Assembly: GCA_964636705.1 (NCBI GenBank)
Contig: CAZWUJ010000021.1
Span: 255-64,254, forward strand
DNA: 64,000 nt
Source of the DNA: an uncultured Vicinamibacteraceae bacterium
Lineage (GTDB): Bacteria > Acidobacteriota > Vicinamibacteria > Vicinamibacterales > UBA8438
Direction: 5' to 3'
The position numbers were made by a program, and so were the translations under genes. The notes beneath the pieces are model-generated. The model saw nothing but the letters and a program-made list of their open reading frames with translations. It did not search any database and was not told the origin of the DNA. Shown piece after piece: positions 44,991 to 54,578 of this stretch; the stretch's first letter is position 1; every line of letters begins with the position of its first letter.

Positions 44991-46124
44991 GTGCCACTCA
45001 ATATCAGCGGCAAACCCGACCCGAGTGACGAAGAGCAGTCGAGCGGCGGGCAGCAGGCCTCAGCCGGGGCGGCTGCGCCGTCCGGCCCGGTGCCGGACAT
45101 CCCCTCGCCGGGCGATCTGGAGTCGCCCGACGACATCGCTCTGGCCGACAAGATGAAGGCGGGCCGGGAGCAGATTCTCATCGAGCTGCGGAAGAAGATC
45201 ATCGGCCAGGAGGACATCATCAACCAGGCGCTGCTGACGCTCTTCGTCGGCGGCAACAGCCTCATCGTCGGCGTCCCGGGACTCGCAAAGACGCTGTTGA
45301 TCCAGACGATGGCGCAGGTCTTGGATCTCAAGTTCGCGCGGATTCAGTTCACTCCCGACCTGATGCCGTCCGACATTACCGGGACCGACATCATTCAGGA
45401 CGACCCGGAGACGGGCGGACGAAAGATGGTTTTCGCGCCCGGCCCGGTCTTCACCAACATCCTGCTGGCGGACGAGATCAACCGGACCCCGCCCAAGACG
45501 CAGTCGGCACTGCTCGAGGCGATGCAGGAACACCGCGTGACGGTGCAGGGGCGGACCTACCAGTTGCAGGAGCCGTTCTACGTCTTCGCGACACAGAACC
45601 CGATCGAGCTCGAGGGGACGTATCCGCTGCCGGAGGCGCAGCTCGACCGGTTCATGTTCCACATCGTCATCGAGCATCCGCCCGAGCACGAAGAGCTCGA
45701 GGTGGTCCGGACCACCACCATCACCAACAACCCGACGTACAACCACGCGGTGACCGGGGCGGACCTGGTGGCGTTTCAGGAACTGGTCCGGAAGGTTCCG
45801 GTCTCCGAGCCGGTGATGCGCTACACGCTCGATCTGGTCCGGACCAGCCGGCTCAAGGACGGGGACGGGCCGGAGTTCGTCAAGAAGTGGGTCCAGTACG
45901 GCGCCAGTGTCCGCGCCGCGCAGTATCTCATCCTGGGAAGCAAGGCGCGTGCGCTGACGCAGGGGCGCTACCATGTGAACTTCGACGATATCCAGGCGCT
46001 CGCGCGGCCCGTGCTCCGCCATCGCGTGCTCCTGAACTTCCACGCGGAGTCGGAAGGGATCACGTCGGACCAGATCGTCGATCAGCTCGTCGAGGCGGTG
46101 CCGGTGCCCGCGTCGCGGATGTAA
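44991..46124 (+). CDS. MoxR-family AAA+ ATPase
   Basis: GQEDIINQALLTLFVGGNSLIVGVPGLAKT, LLADEINRTPPKTQSALLEAMQE, FYVFATQNPIE and LPEAQLDRF. GGAGGAA lies 7 nt before GTG 44991. Confidence 0.9.
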   Translation: MPLNISGKPDPSDEEQSSGGQQASAGAAAPSGPVPDIPSPGDLESPDDIALADKMKAGREQILIELRKKIIGQEDIINQALLTLFVGGNSLIVGVPGLAKTLLIQTMAQVLDLKFARIQFTPDLMPSDITGTDIIQDDPETGGRKMVFAPGPVFTNILLADEINRTPPKTQSALLEAMQEHRVTVQGRTYQLQEPFYVFATQNPIELEGTYPLPEAQLDRFMFHIVIEHPPEHEELEVVRTTTITNNPTYNHAVTGADLVAFQELVRKVPVSEPVMRYTLDLVRTSRLKDGDGPEFVKKWVQYGASVRAAQYLILGSKARALTQGRYHVNFDDIQALARPVLRHRVLLNFHAESEGITSDQIVDQLVEAVPVPASRM

Positions 46125-46175
46125 CGGCGCGACGCGGGCTCTCGTCTGACACTGGTAGAGGAAGAGGCAGCGACC

Positions 46176-47093
46176 GTGCCGACCACGACCAGCCCCCTTG
46201 CTCCCGGCGCCCGGTTCGTCGATCCGCAGGTGCTTGCCCGGATCGGCAACTTGAAGCTGCTGGCGCGCAATGTCGTGGACGGCTTCATCAACGGCCTCCA
46301 CAAGGCGCCGTACCTCGGTGTGTCGATCGACTTCGCCGAGCACCGGGGCTACATGCCGGGCGACGATATCCGCTTCATCGACTGGCGGGTGTTCGCGCGG
46401 ACCGACCGCTTCTACGTGAAGCAGTTCGAGGCGGATACGAACGCCAACTTCTCGGTGCTCTTCGACATCTCGAAGTCGATGAGTTTCTCGAGCGGCGGCG
46501 TCTCGAAGCTGGACTACGGGCGCTACCTCGCGGCGTGCCTCACCTACTTCGCGACGACCCAGCGCGATCGCGTCGGTATCGTCACCTTCGACGACGACAT
46601 CGTGCTCCGTGTCCCGCCCTCGGCGAAGCATCTCGACATCGTGCTCCACACCCTCGACCGGATAGAGGCGGGCAATCCCGGCTCGTTCGCCCGGCCTTTC
46701 TTCCGGGCAACCGAGTTCTTCAAGCGCCGCGGCATCCTGCTGGTGATCTCGGACTTCTACGACGAGCCGGAAGCCATCGTGACCGGACTGAAGCCGCTGA
46801 CCTACGGCGGGAACGACGTGATGGTCTTTCACGTACTCGACCCGGCCGAGGTGAACTTCCCGTACGACGACGCGACGAACTTCAAGGACATCGAGACCGG
46901 GCGCCGCATGCCGGTGGTGCCGGAGAAGCTTCGCGAACAGTACCGCGCCCTGGTCCAGGAGCACATCGAGACGCTGTCGAAGCTCTGCGCCGAGAACCGG
47001 ATCGACTACGCCTTCTTCAACACGTCGCAGCCGATGGACCACGGGCTGTTCAAGTTCCTGGCGATGCGCGAGAAGCTGAACCGCGTTCGGTAG
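46176..47093 (+). CDS. DUF58 (vWA-like) protein
   Basis: FAEHRGYMPGDDIRFIDWRVFARTDRFYVKQFEADTN, the standard MoxR partner. Confidence 0.85.
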   Translation: MPTTTSPLAPGARFVDPQVLARIGNLKLLARNVVDGFINGLHKAPYLGVSIDFAEHRGYMPGDDIRFIDWRVFARTDRFYVKQFEADTNANFSVLFDISKSMSFSSGGVSKLDYGRYLAACLTYFATTQRDRVGIVTFDDDIVLRVPPSAKHLDIVLHTLDRIEAGNPGSFARPFFRATEFFKRRGILLVISDFYDEPEAIVTGLKPLTYGGNDVMVFHVLDPAEVNFPYDDATNFKDIETGRRMPVVPEKLREQYRALVQEHIETLSKLCAENRIDYAFFNTSQPMDHGLFKFLAMREKLNRVR

Positions 47094-47115
47094 GTGCGAA
47101 CGAGAGGTGAACTGA

Positions 47116-49197
47116 ATGGGCTTGCTGGCGCCGTTGTTCCTGCTCGGGGCGGTCGCGCTCGCCGTGCCGATCATCATCCACATGATTCAGCGCGAGCGGA
47201 AGGAAGAGGTGGAGTTTCCCTCCCTGATGTTCGTCCGGAAGATCCCGTTCCACTCTTTCCGGCGCCAGCGGATCCGCAACTGGTTCCTCCTCCTGCTCCG
47301 GTGCGCCGCGCTCCTCCTGCTGCTCTTCGCCTTCACGCGTCCCTTCTTCCGGGCCGCCGCGATCGCGGCGGTGACCGATGGCGCACGCGAAGTCGTCGTG
47401 CTGCTCGACCGTTCCTGGAGCATGGGGTACGGCGACCGCTGGGCGGACGCGCAGGCCGCGGCGGTCGAGGTGCTGGACGATCTGGCGCCGGACGACCAGG
47501 CGACGGTGATCCTGTTCGACAGCGGCGCCGAGTCGGGCCAGCGTTCCACCATCGACCGGGCGAGCCTGCGCAGTCTCGTCACGAACGCCGAAACGAGTTC
47601 CGGCGTCACCCGCTACGGTCCGGCGCTGCAGTTGGCCGAGGGCATCTTCGAGGCGTCGGATCTGCCGCGACTCGAAGCGGTGTTGATCAGCGACTTCCAG
47701 CGGAGCGGCGTCGAGAGCGCATCCGGGGTGCGCTTCCCCCCGGGAACCGTGCTGACGCCGATTCAGGTGGGAGGCGACGAGGGAGACCTCGCGAACGTCA
47801 GTGTCGCCGGGGTCCTGTTCCAGCGGGAGTACTTCTCCGGCCGGGAGCGGATTCAGGTGGCGGCCCGCCTGACCAACCGGAACGCCACTCCCGTGAGCGG
47901 CCTGGATGTCACGCTCGAGATGGAAGGCAGGCCAGTGGAATCGCTGACCGCCGACCTCCCGGAGAGCGGGTCCGTGACAGTCGACTTCGCCCCGGTGACG
48001 CTGGGGGACGAGTCGATGGCCGGCGCGGTGCGTATCGAAGCCGATGCGCTGCCGGCGGATGACGTCTTCTGGTTCGTCGTCTCGCCGGGCCAGGTCGTGA
48101 GGGTGCTCCTCGTAGGCAACGGGCTCGCCGGCGATGAGCATCTCTTCCTGACGCGCGCGCTCGGCATCGGGTCGGAGCCGGCGTTCGACGTTCGCACCGT
48201 GACGGTCGACGCGCTAGCGGCATCCGACTTCGCGGACCGGGAGGTCGTGATCCTCAACGATTCGCGTCCCCCGACAGGGGCAGCCGGCACCGCCCTTGCG
48301 ACCTTTGTCGAGAACGGAGGTGGTCTGTTCGTTGTCTCGGGCGAGCGGAGCGCGTGGTCCGCTGCCGCGCCCGACCTGTTGCCGGGCGCGCTGGGTCCGC
48401 CCGCGGATCGCGCCGGCCGTGGCGGCGCGCTCGGCTTCGTCGACTACAGCCACCCGATCTTCGAGGTGTTCAGCGCACCGCGCAGCGGCGACGTGACCAC
48501 GACGCGCTTCTTCCGGTACCGCCCGGTTCAGCCGGCCGAAGACGCGGCGGTCCTGGCTCGATTCGACGATGGCAGTCCCGCTCTTGTCGAGCGGCGCATC
48601 GGTAGCGGCGCGGTCCTGCTCTGGGCGTCGACCATCGACACGTTCTGGAACGACTTCGCAAAGAAGCCGGTCTACCTGCCGTGGGTGCACCGGGTAGTCG
48701 AGCATCTGGCGGACTATTCGCCGCCGACGCCGTGGTTCTCGTCCGGGCAGGTGCTGAATCTCGCGGAGCAGGATGTCTCACTCGGCGACGGAGGCGTCGG
48801 TGGAGCGGACTACGTGGTGATGTCGCCCTCCGGCCAGCGGATGCCGGTGGACGTCGGGGGGCGCACGGGCTACATCGATCTTTCGGAGCAGGGGCTTTAC
48901 GAGGTGTACGACGCGACCGCGGCCGGCGCGCGTCCACTGTCGGTCGCGGTCAACGTCGACCTCGCCGAGTCGGATCTGACGCCGGTCGATCCGGAGGAGC
49001 TGGCGAGCATGGTCACCGGCCGCGCCGGCGGCAACCGGGCGGACGGAACGGCGGAGCCGGAACGGGTAATCGCGGCGGAGGATCTGGAACGGCAGCAGTC
49101 GATCTGGTGGTATCTGCTGCTGGCGGCGGCGTTGCTGTTTTTCAGCGAGACGCTGGTTTCGAACCGGCTCTCCCGGACTCAACTGAGCATGGAATAG
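47116..49197 (+). CDS. BatA-like membrane protein (aerotolerance-regulator N-terminal domain plus vWA-like and GATase-like regions)
   Basis: MGLLAPLFLLGAVALAVPIIIHMI, VVVLLDRSWSMGY and FVENGGGLFVVSG. Confidence 0.8.
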   Translation: MGLLAPLFLLGAVALAVPIIIHMIQRERKEEVEFPSLMFVRKIPFHSFRRQRIRNWFLLLLRCAALLLLLFAFTRPFFRAAAIAAVTDGAREVVVLLDRSWSMGYGDRWADAQAAAVEVLDDLAPDDQATVILFDSGAESGQRSTIDRASLRSLVTNAETSSGVTRYGPALQLAEGIFEASDLPRLEAVLISDFQRSGVESASGVRFPPGTVLTPIQVGGDEGDLANVSVAGVLFQREYFSGRERIQVAARLTNRNATPVSGLDVTLEMEGRPVESLTADLPESGSVTVDFAPVTLGDESMAGAVRIEADALPADDVFWFVVSPGQVVRVLLVGNGLAGDEHLFLTRALGIGSEPAFDVRTVTVDALAASDFADREVVILNDSRPPTGAAGTALATFVENGGGLFVVSGERSAWSAAAPDLLPGALGPPADRAGRGGALGFVDYSHPIFEVFSAPRSGDVTTTRFFRYRPVQPAEDAAVLARFDDGSPALVERRIGSGAVLLWASTIDTFWNDFAKKPVYLPWVHRVVEHLADYSPPTPWFSSGQVLNLAEQDVSLGDGGVGGADYVVMSPSGQRMPVDVGGRTGYIDLSEQGLYEVYDATAAGARPLSVAVNVDLAESDLTPVDPEELASMVTGRAGGNRADGTAEPERVIAAEDLERQQSIWWYLLLAAALLFFSETLVSNRLSRTQLSME

Positions 49198-49283
49198 AAG
49201 CACGCGCGCCGGAAACGGAATAAGATGGGAGCTTCCCGGGTCTCAGAATCCGGACGGACCGGCTGAAGACGGAAGGCAAGACG

Positions 49284-52200
49284 ATGCAGAACGAGCCACT
49301 GCTGACCGGCGAACGGGATGAACTGCTCCGCGCTATCCGGCACGTGCGGAACCGGTGGCGCCTTCGGGTCGGATTGCGGAGCGTGGCGGTGCTCGTGGCG
49401 GCCACGCTCGGCACTCTGCTCGCATCGTCGTACGGCCTCGAGCTGATGAAGTTCTCGCCGGGCGCCATCATCGGTTTCCGCATCCTGACCTATGTCGCCC
49501 TGGTGGCCGCCGGTTGGTGGTTCTTCATCCGCCCAATCTCGCGCCGGGTCTCCGACGAGCAGGTTGCCCTTTACCTCGAGGAGCACGAGCCGTCCCTGCA
49601 GGCGGCGGTGCTGAGCGGGGTCGAAGAGGCACGCAAGGGTACGCGTGAACGCGCCGCGGACCACTCCCCCGAGTTGGTCCGGCGCCTGATCGAGACCGCC
49701 GCCGAGCGGGTGCGCAATGTCGACATGGGTCGCACGGTGGAGCAGCAGCAGTTGCAGCGATCCTCCGGCATGCTCATTGCAGCCGGCGTCGCGGCGGTAT
49801 TGCTGTTCGTCTTCGGTCCTGCCTACCTGCGCCACGGACTGTCGGCGCTCCTCACCCCGATGGCGGACGTCGAGGCGTCCAGCCCGTACCAGATCGAAGT
49901 ACTGCCGGGCGACGCCACCGTTGCGCGCGGCGCGGATCAGACCATCACGGCCCGCCTGGTGGGCTTCGAGGCGGAAGAGGTCAACCTCCTGATGCGCGGC
50001 GCGGGCACTGGCGACACCTTCGAGCGCCTGCCGTTGATCCCGCTGGAGGACGACGCGGGCGAAACGGTCGCCGGAACGTTCGAGGTGCTGCTGTTCGACC
50101 TGCAGGACGCGGTCGACTATCTGGTCGAATCTACCGGTGTCGAGTCGTCCACCTACACGCTCGATGTACTCGATTTACCGTATGTCGAACGTCTGGAGCT
50201 GGAGTACCACTTCCCTGAGTACACGGGACTGGAACCCCGCCTGGTGGAGGAGGGAGGCGACATCGCGGTGCTGCAGGGGACGGAGGTGCGCCTGCGCGCC
50301 ATCCCGACCATGGGTACGGCGGGCGGTCTGCTGATCTTCGATGACGACGACGCGAAGACGATGGACCTGACGCTCGCGGAGGATGGCTCGCTTACGGGCA
50401 GCTTCGTGGTCGAGGAGGAAGGCTTCTACCGGGTCGACCTCGAGGCGCCGGCCGGGGATCTGGTCGCCGCTTCGCCGCAGTACACGATAGACGTGCTGAC
50501 GGATCAGCCCCCATCGGCGATGTTCATCCGCCCGGGTCGCGACACGACCGCGAGCGCGATAGAGGAGGTGTTTGTCGAGGCGCGCGCCGATGATGACTTC
50601 GGCCTCTTCTCGCTCGATTTGGTCTACTCGGTGAACGGCGGGCCGGAGGAGTCGGTCAGCCTGTTCAACAGCGGCGGCGCCGGCGACAACGCCCTCAGGG
50701 AGGTTTCCGCCGGCCACACGTTCTTCCTGGAGGAACTGGAGCTGGAGCCGGGCGATTTCCTGAGCTACTACGCGCGGGCGACCGACCGGAACCTGCTGCA
50801 GCAGGACGACGACATCAAGTCGGACCTCTACTTCATACAGATCCGCCGCTACAGCTCCGACTTCCGCCAGCAGCAGTCGCAGGGCGGGGGTGGCGGTGGA
50901 ATGGGCGGCGCTGGTGGCGCCGACGCGCGCGAGCTGTCGAAGGCGCAACGGGAGATCATCTCCGCCACCTTCAACCTGATCCGTGATCAGGAGGACTACA
51001 CCGACGAGGAATTCCAGGAGAACGTGGTCTTTCTGACGCTGGCGCAGGGACGGCTGCGCGAGCAGGTGGAGACCCTCATCCGCCGGATGAACAGCCGAGT
51101 CATGCCCGCGGATCCGGCGTTCCGCACGATTCAGGAGATCCTGCCCCAGGCCGCGGAAGCCATGCGCGAGGCGGAAGACCAGTTGCAGGAGCAGGATGCC
51201 GAGGCCGCCCTGCCGCATGAGCAGCGCTCGCTACAGTTCCTGCAGCGCGCGGAAGAAGCGTATGAAGAGGTGATGGTCACCATGGGCGGCGGCGGAGGAG
51301 GTGGCGGCGGCGGCAACGCCCAGGCCGCCGAGGATCTCGCCGATCTGTTCGAGCTCGAGCTCGACAAGATGCGCAACCAGTACGAGACGCTGCAGCGCGG
51401 CCAGCAGCAGCAGGCGGACGAGACCATCGACGAGTTGATGGAGCGACTCCGCGAACTGGCCCGGCGGCAGGAGCGCGAAGCGGAGCGCCAGCGCCGTCGC
51501 GCCCGCGGGCAGCAGTCCACGCAGGGTGGCGGTGGCGGCCAGCGCGCCCTCGCCGAGGAGGCGGAGGAAGCCGCCCGGCGGCTCGAGCGACTCGCCCGGG
51601 AGCAGAACTCACCGCAGATGATGGACGCGGCGCGCCGCCTTCAGGAAGCGGCCGACGCGATGCGGCGCGCCGCCGCCAACGACGACAACCTCGGGTTCTC
51701 GGAGGCGGGTACCGCGCTCGACCGCCTGCGCGAGGTCCAGGATCGGCTCGGCGACGAGCAGCGGGGCCGGCTGGAGCGGGACATTCAGGAGCAGTTGCAG
51801 CGGGCGAACCGGCTGGCCGATCAGCAGCGCGAGATGCAGGGCGAAGTAGCGGAGTTCCCCGGCCTTCCGGACGAGGATCGCGCCGACTCGCTCCGGCGCA
51901 TGCTGGAGCAGAAGACAGCGATGGAAGAAGAGGTGGCCGACCTGGAGCGGTCGATCGATTCCACCTCGGCCGAGTTCCGCCGCGACGAGCGCGACGCTTC
52001 GCGCGAGTTGCAGGAGGCGGCGGCAAGCATCCGCGACAACAAGCTGAAGGAGAAGATCCGCTACTCGCGGGGCCTGGTCCGGAGCCGTCCGGGCGAGACC
52101 GCGAACGCCTTCGAATCGGAGATCGGCGGCGATATCGAGGAGCTTGCGGAGATGCTAGAGGAGGCGGCCGCCGCCGTGGGTCGCTCAGAGGGCGACCGGA

Positions 52201-52868
52201 TGGCGCAGGCGCTGGAACAGACGCGCGACCTGATGCGCAGCCTGGAGTCGCTCGACCACCGGATGTGGCAGGAAGGCCAGGACGGCGAGCAGGCACAACC
52301 CGGAGAGGGCCAGGAAGGTCAGCAGGGACAGCAGGCGCAGCAGGGCCAGTCGGGCCAGCAGGGTGGTCAGCAGGGACAGCAGGGCGGCCAGCCGGGCCAG
52401 GGTGACAGTCCGGGCTCGCAGCCGGGCGGTGTCGACGGCCAGCCGGGTGGCGGAAACGCGTTCGGCGGCGTCTGGGGCGGCTACGGCTGGGGTGATCGCA
52501 GGCCGGGAACGACCGTCTGGGAACCCGGCGACGTCCGCCAGTGGAGCCGCGAGTACGCGCAGCGTGCCGGCGAAATGGAAGGGTTGCGCCGTCTGCTCAA
52601 CGAGGAGCAGTTCGAGGTAGGCGATCTGGATGCGATCATCCAGCGCATGCGCGAACTCGACGACTTGCGCCGCTACCAGGATCCCGAGACGATCGCGCAA
52701 CTCCAGGCGTTCGTGCTCGAAGAGCTGAAGCGCTTCGAGTACCGCCTCCGCCGGGAAATCACCGAGGAGAACGAGGAACTCTTCCTCGCCGGCAACGAGG
52801 AAATGCCGGACAGCTTCCGCGACCTGGTCGAGGAGTACTTCCGTTCACTGTCGGAGGACGACGACTAG
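49284..52868 (+). CDS. large membrane-anchored coiled-coil protein (DUF4175-like) with Gly and Gln/Gly low-complexity tracts
   Basis: 1194-aa ORF with an N-terminal TM hairpin, long charged helical regions, poly-Gly runs and a QGQQ-rich tract. It occupies the usual last position in MoxR/BatA clusters. Confidence 0.75.
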   Translation: MQNEPLLTGERDELLRAIRHVRNRWRLRVGLRSVAVLVAATLGTLLASSYGLELMKFSPGAIIGFRILTYVALVAAGWWFFIRPISRRVSDEQVALYLEEHEPSLQAAVLSGVEEARKGTRERAADHSPELVRRLIETAAERVRNVDMGRTVEQQQLQRSSGMLIAAGVAAVLLFVFGPAYLRHGLSALLTPMADVEASSPYQIEVLPGDATVARGADQTITARLVGFEAEEVNLLMRGAGTGDTFERLPLIPLEDDAGETVAGTFEVLLFDLQDAVDYLVESTGVESSTYTLDVLDLPYVERLELEYHFPEYTGLEPRLVEEGGDIAVLQGTEVRLRAIPTMGTAGGLLIFDDDDAKTMDLTLAEDGSLTGSFVVEEEGFYRVDLEAPAGDLVAASPQYTIDVLTDQPPSAMFIRPGRDTTASAIEEVFVEARADDDFGLFSLDLVYSVNGGPEESVSLFNSGGAGDNALREVSAGHTFFLEELELEPGDFLSYYARATDRNLLQQDDDIKSDLYFIQIRRYSSDFRQQQSQGGGGGGMGGAGGADARELSKAQREIISATFNLIRDQEDYTDEEFQENVVFLTLAQGRLREQVETLIRRMNSRVMPADPAFRTIQEILPQAAEAMREAEDQLQEQDAEAALPHEQRSLQFLQRAEEAYEEVMVTMGGGGGGGGGGNAQAAEDLADLFELELDKMRNQYETLQRGQQQQADETIDELMERLRELARRQEREAERQRRRARGQQSTQGGGGGQRALAEEAEEAARRLERLAREQNSPQMMDAARRLQEAADAMRRAAANDDNLGFSEAGTALDRLREVQDRLGDEQRGRLERDIQEQLQRANRLADQQREMQGEVAEFPGLPDEDRADSLRRMLEQKTAMEEEVADLERSIDSTSAEFRRDERDASRELQEAAASIRDNKLKEKIRYSRGLVRSRPGETANAFESEIGGDIEELAEMLEEAAAAVGRSEGDRMAQALEQTRDLMRSLESLDHRMWQEGQDGEQAQPGEGQEGQQGQQAQQGQSGQQGGQQGQQGGQPGQGDSPGSQPGGVDGQPGGGNAFGGVWGGYGWGDRRPGTTVWEPGDVRQWSREYAQRAGEMEGLRRLLNEEQFEVGDLDAIIQRMRELDDLRRYQDPETIAQLQAFVLEELKRFEYRLRREITEENEELFLAGNEEMPDSFRDLVEEYFRSLSEDDD

Positions 52869-53759
52869 TCACTGTGCCGCCAGAAGGCGGATGGACCCGT
52901 TCCGGGTCTTGAGCAGCAGGCTGCGGCCGCCGTCTCCCAGCCGGCCCGCCAGGTGATCGCGTTCGTCCGTATGGGCGTCGAGCGGAAGATCGGTGCGGAC
53001 GGAGCCGCGATTGGTGCGTAGCGACACGTCGGCGTCGGCGGTTTCCGGGACCCTGACCGTCACGCTGCCGTTGCGCGTCTCGAACGTGGAGTCGCCGGTC
53101 CAGTCTGTCCCGCCCAGGGTGGCCCTGACGCTGCCGTTGCGCGTACGGGCCCGCGCATGACCGCCTGCCTCCACGCGAATACGGCCGTTGCGAGTAACGA
53201 TGTCCGCGTTGCCGTCGGCCATCACCGCGACGCCACCGTTGCGCGTAACGACCCGCGCGTCGCCGGCGATGCCGGTCAACGAGACGGAGCCGTTCCTTGT
53301 CTCGACCTCCACGTTGCCGCCGAGGCCGTCTGCTGAGACACTGCCGTTCCGGGAACGTGCTACCAGGTCGACGTCCGGCGGGATGGCAACCGAGAAGTCG
53401 ATACGCGGGGATCGCCCGAACCAGGAACGCGGCCACCAATCTCGTTCGGGATAGATCGCCTCGATAGTGACGCCGTCGGCATGCTCCGTCACTTCGATGC
53501 GGATGCCGTCAGCGTCGTGGCCGCGCCGTTCGCCGCGCACCTCGACTTGACCGCTCGAGGACGGCTCGGCCGTGATCCGGCCGTTGCGTCCGATGATCTC
53601 CAATTGCTGCCCGGGGCTGAGTTCACCCTCCCACGTGAAGGGCTCGCCGGAGGCCGCTTCCTGCGCGCTGAGCGAGGACGTGAGCAGTACCGTGTTCCCG
53701 CAAGCCGTCGTGGTGGCGACGACGATCCCGACGAGCGCCAACCTGAGCATCCAATGCAT
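52869..53759 (-). CDS. DUF4097-like beta-strand-repeat lipoprotein
   Basis: Lipobox TTTACG and repeated TRNGSV/TRNGRI strands (RNGSVSADG, TRNGSVSLTG, TRNGGVAV, TRNGRIRV, TRNGSVRA, TRNGSVTV, NRGSVRT, TRNGSIRL). Confidence 0.8.
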   Translation of the reverse strand: MHWMLRLALVGIVVATTTACGNTVLLTSSLSAQEAASGEPFTWEGELSPGQQLEIIGRNGRITAEPSSSGQVEVRGERRGHDADGIRIEVTEHADGVTIEAIYPERDWWPRSWFGRSPRIDFSVAIPPDVDLVARSRNGSVSADGLGGNVEVETRNGSVSLTGIAGDARVVTRNGGVAVMADGNADIVTRNGRIRVEAGGHARARTRNGSVRATLGGTDWTGDSTFETRNGSVTVRVPETADADVSLRTNRGSVRTDLPLDAHTDERDHLAGRLGDGGRSLLLKTRNGSIRLLAAQ

Positions 53760-53877
53760 CGGCTTCCCCCTCCTTCTGCGACAGCGCCATCGCTCTGTTG
53801 GACGGGCGGCGGCGCGACGAGGTTCCCGGCCGATGCCCTTACGTCAAGGCGGCGCCGCGCGAGCCGTTCTCACTGCG

Positions 53878-54477
53878 CTACGCCAAGACGCGGGCGAGCC
53901 ATCCTCCGATGTCCCGCACCTCCTCCGCGCACACGGTGTGCGGCACCGGATATTCGCGGTACTCCACCTCGTAGCCCATGGACGTCAGGAGGTCCCGCGC
54001 CCCGTGCGCCAATCCCACCGGCACCATCGGGTCGTCCGTCCCATGCCCCTGAAACAAAGGCACACCCCGGTTCGCCTCCGACGCCTCCGCCTCCAGTGTT
54101 TCGTGCAGTACCAGGTAGCCCGACAGGCACATCACGCCGGCCAGCCGCGCCGGATGGCGCAACGCGGTAAACAGCGCCATCGCGCCGCCCTGCGAAAAGC
54201 CCGCCAGGACGATCCTCCCCTCCGGCACTCCGCGTTCCACCTCACGCGCAATCAAGTGACGGACGCGCTCTGCCGACGCCCGGATCCCGGTCTCGTCCTG
54301 ATCCCGCGGCCCGAAGCCCCGGATGTCGTACCACGCCGGCATCACCCACCCCTGGTTGATGGTCACCGGCATCCGGGGAGCGTTCGGAAAGACATAGCGG
54401 ACACGCAACTCCGCCGGCAGTCCCAGTTCCGGCGGGATGCCATAGAAGTCGCGCGCATCCGCCCCGAGTCCGTGCAT
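53878..54477 (-). CDS. phospholipase/carboxylesterase-family alpha/beta hydrolase (5' end uncertain, may extend to about 54549)
   Basis: HGLGAD, nucleophile elbow GFSQGGAMA, HGTDDPMVP and a C-terminal His. The frame stays open upstream of ATG 54477 and encodes ...PGASVIW before MHGLG. Confidence 0.8.
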   Translation of the reverse strand: MHGLGADARDFYGIPPELGLPAELRVRYVFPNAPRMPVTINQGWVMPAWYDIRGFGPRDQDETGIRASAERVRHLIAREVERGVPEGRIVLAGFSQGGAMALFTALRHPARLAGVMCLSGYLVLHETLEAEASEANRGVPLFQGHGTDDPMVPVGLAHGARDLLTSMGYEVEYREYPVPHTVCAEEVRDIGGWLARVLA

Positions 54478-54578
54478 CCAGATGACGGAGGCGCCGGGCC
54501 GGCCCGGTGGGTCGACTTCCAGCGTGTCGAGCAGCGGCGCGGCAGGCAGCGGTCAGTCCGTGCAGTCGATAGCGACCG

